DNA of 37,098 bases from Phoronis australis (taxonomy: Eukaryota; Animalia; Phoronida), in NCBI GenBank assembly GCA_002633005.1, contig NMRA01001198.1:1-37098 (forward strand), read 5' to 3'. Position 1 is the first letter of the stretch, and every line of letters begins with the position of its first letter. Below, piece after piece: positions 36,105 to 37,098 of the stretch. Made by a program: the position numbers and the translations under genes. The notes under the pieces are model-generated. The model was not told the DNA's origin. It saw nothing but the letters and a program-made list of their open reading frames with translations, and searched no databases.

Positions 36105-36930
36105 GAAAAGCAGAATGTAGTTTTTTAGTGCGTCAGATTTCCAGCGCCCCATGCGCTGGATCACAGGTTCAGGGACGCCACGGCTGGCCGCACAGGTGGC
36201 GGCGCCAATGCGAAAGCTATGTGACGTATAAGACTTGGTGTCGAGTCCTACAAAGGAAACCACTTTAGTTAACATGGAGTTGAAGCAGGAACGTGTAACC
36301 GGTGATCCACTGAGATGTTGGAACAAGGGGCCAGGAGAGGGTTGAAAAGTAGACAAGTACAAGGTTTGAGCAGCTACTGGGCAACGGGGAGATTGGCTGG
36401 ACGGAATTGTAAGTGAGACTGGTCCCGACCACGTCGCTGACCTGTATGACGTGGGAGGAGAGCGAGGAGGTGACTGTGAATTCGCCGACCCTGAGGAAGG
36501 CATGGAAGGCTAGGAGGAACATAGCACGTGCGAGAACCGAGTCGGCAAAAGAGCCGAGTGCATAAGGGAAAGGCGTCAAACAAGCGGTGAAGCAAAGCGG
36601 AAGTAATGGGCATGCGTGTGTCAGAAGAAGGGCGCAGATTGTAAGCGCCTGTGAGGATTTTTTTGATGAAATAGGAGGAAGTGGGGTCAGGGAGGTTGTC
36701 AAGTTTGTGGACAAAACTAATGGCAGAGACATAGGACTGGGTAGACGTGCTACTAAGCCTAGATTCGAAGAGATGAGAGATGTAGGGGGCCAGGAAAGAG
36801 GTATTAATGGGCAAGGTGAGCGGAGAGTTGTTAGAGGAAAGGTGAAACTGTGCGAGGGTATGCAGGATGCGGGTTTAGGACTGAAGAGTGGAGGAAGCCA
36901 GGGAAGCCCTGAGCAGTCTGGTCACTGTGT
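36105..36930 (-). pseudogene. Tyrosine recombinase (phage-integrase family) of the Ngaro/DIRS element, disrupted
   Basis: LLRASLASSTLQS*; YISHLFESRLSSTSTQSYVSAISFVHKL...TRMPIT; AMFLLAFHAFLRVGEFT (catalytic R); SHSFRIGAAT (H-x-x-R); MGRWKSDALKNYI (W and catalytic Y). Spread over three frames with a premature stop. Confidence 0.9.
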
Positions 36931-37098
36931 CAGGAGGTGCGGCGGGATCGGTATCGGATGAGGGCTGAGCCAAGAAGCCTGGGAAAAGGCGACCTGATAG
37001 TTGAAACGAGAAAGTGCATCAGCGATGATGTTAGTGTAGGCGGGGATATGTTTTGCCCGAAAATGAACATTAAAGGTAAGAGCGGAGATGACCAGACG
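36922..37098 (-). CDS. C-terminal RNase H part of the Ngaro/DIRS pol ORF (partial)
   Basis: RLVISALTFNVHFRAKHIPAYTNIIADALSRFNYQVAFSQASWLSPHPIPIPPHLLTQ*. HIP...N..ADALSR is the DIRS-type RNase H motif. Confidence 0.8.
   Translation of the reverse strand, partial: RLVISALTFNVHFRAKHIPAYTNIIADALSRFNYQVAFSQASWLSPHPIPIPPHLLTQ

Larger units (their letters stand above)
35090..37098 (-). mobile_element. 3' part of an Ngaro-type (DIRS order) tyrosine-recombinase retrotransposon, running off the window
   Basis: RNase H C-terminus overlapping a tyrosine recombinase reading frame, followed by split direct repeats (35607-35744 and 35090-35184). Confidence 0.85.

Overview
AT-rich, intron- and repeat-rich eukaryotic genomic DNA, most likely from a marine invertebrate (inferred from the gene families and transposon repertoire). 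Single Ns join overlapping, slightly divergent contig ends. I found three partial spliced host genes that the ORF track mostly misses. One is the last two exons of a VMO1-like (vitelline membrane outer layer protein I) gene on + (555-699, 2476-2600). The other two are tandem, very divergent CTHRC1-C-terminal-domain genes on - (gene 2: 25142-24947, 22737-22574; gene 1: 16770-16664, 11747-11525 and/or 10928-10709, 9840-9701). The middle exon of gene 1 occurs in two intact versions that differ mainly by amino-acid-changing substitutions; this is the most interesting signal in the window. The rest is transposon-derived: a Tc1 relic with a nested MITE, an internally deleted BEL/Pao LTR element (both LTRs, tRNA-His PBS, 5-bp TSD), and relics of a second BEL gag, a Hero-like RLE non-LTR element, a Gmr1-like Gypsy, two LINEs, a Penelope-like element and the 3' part of an Ngaro/DIRS tyrosine-recombinase retroelement. 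I saw no rRNA, tRNA or CRISPR array. All family assignments come from manual translation and motif recognition, not database searches.
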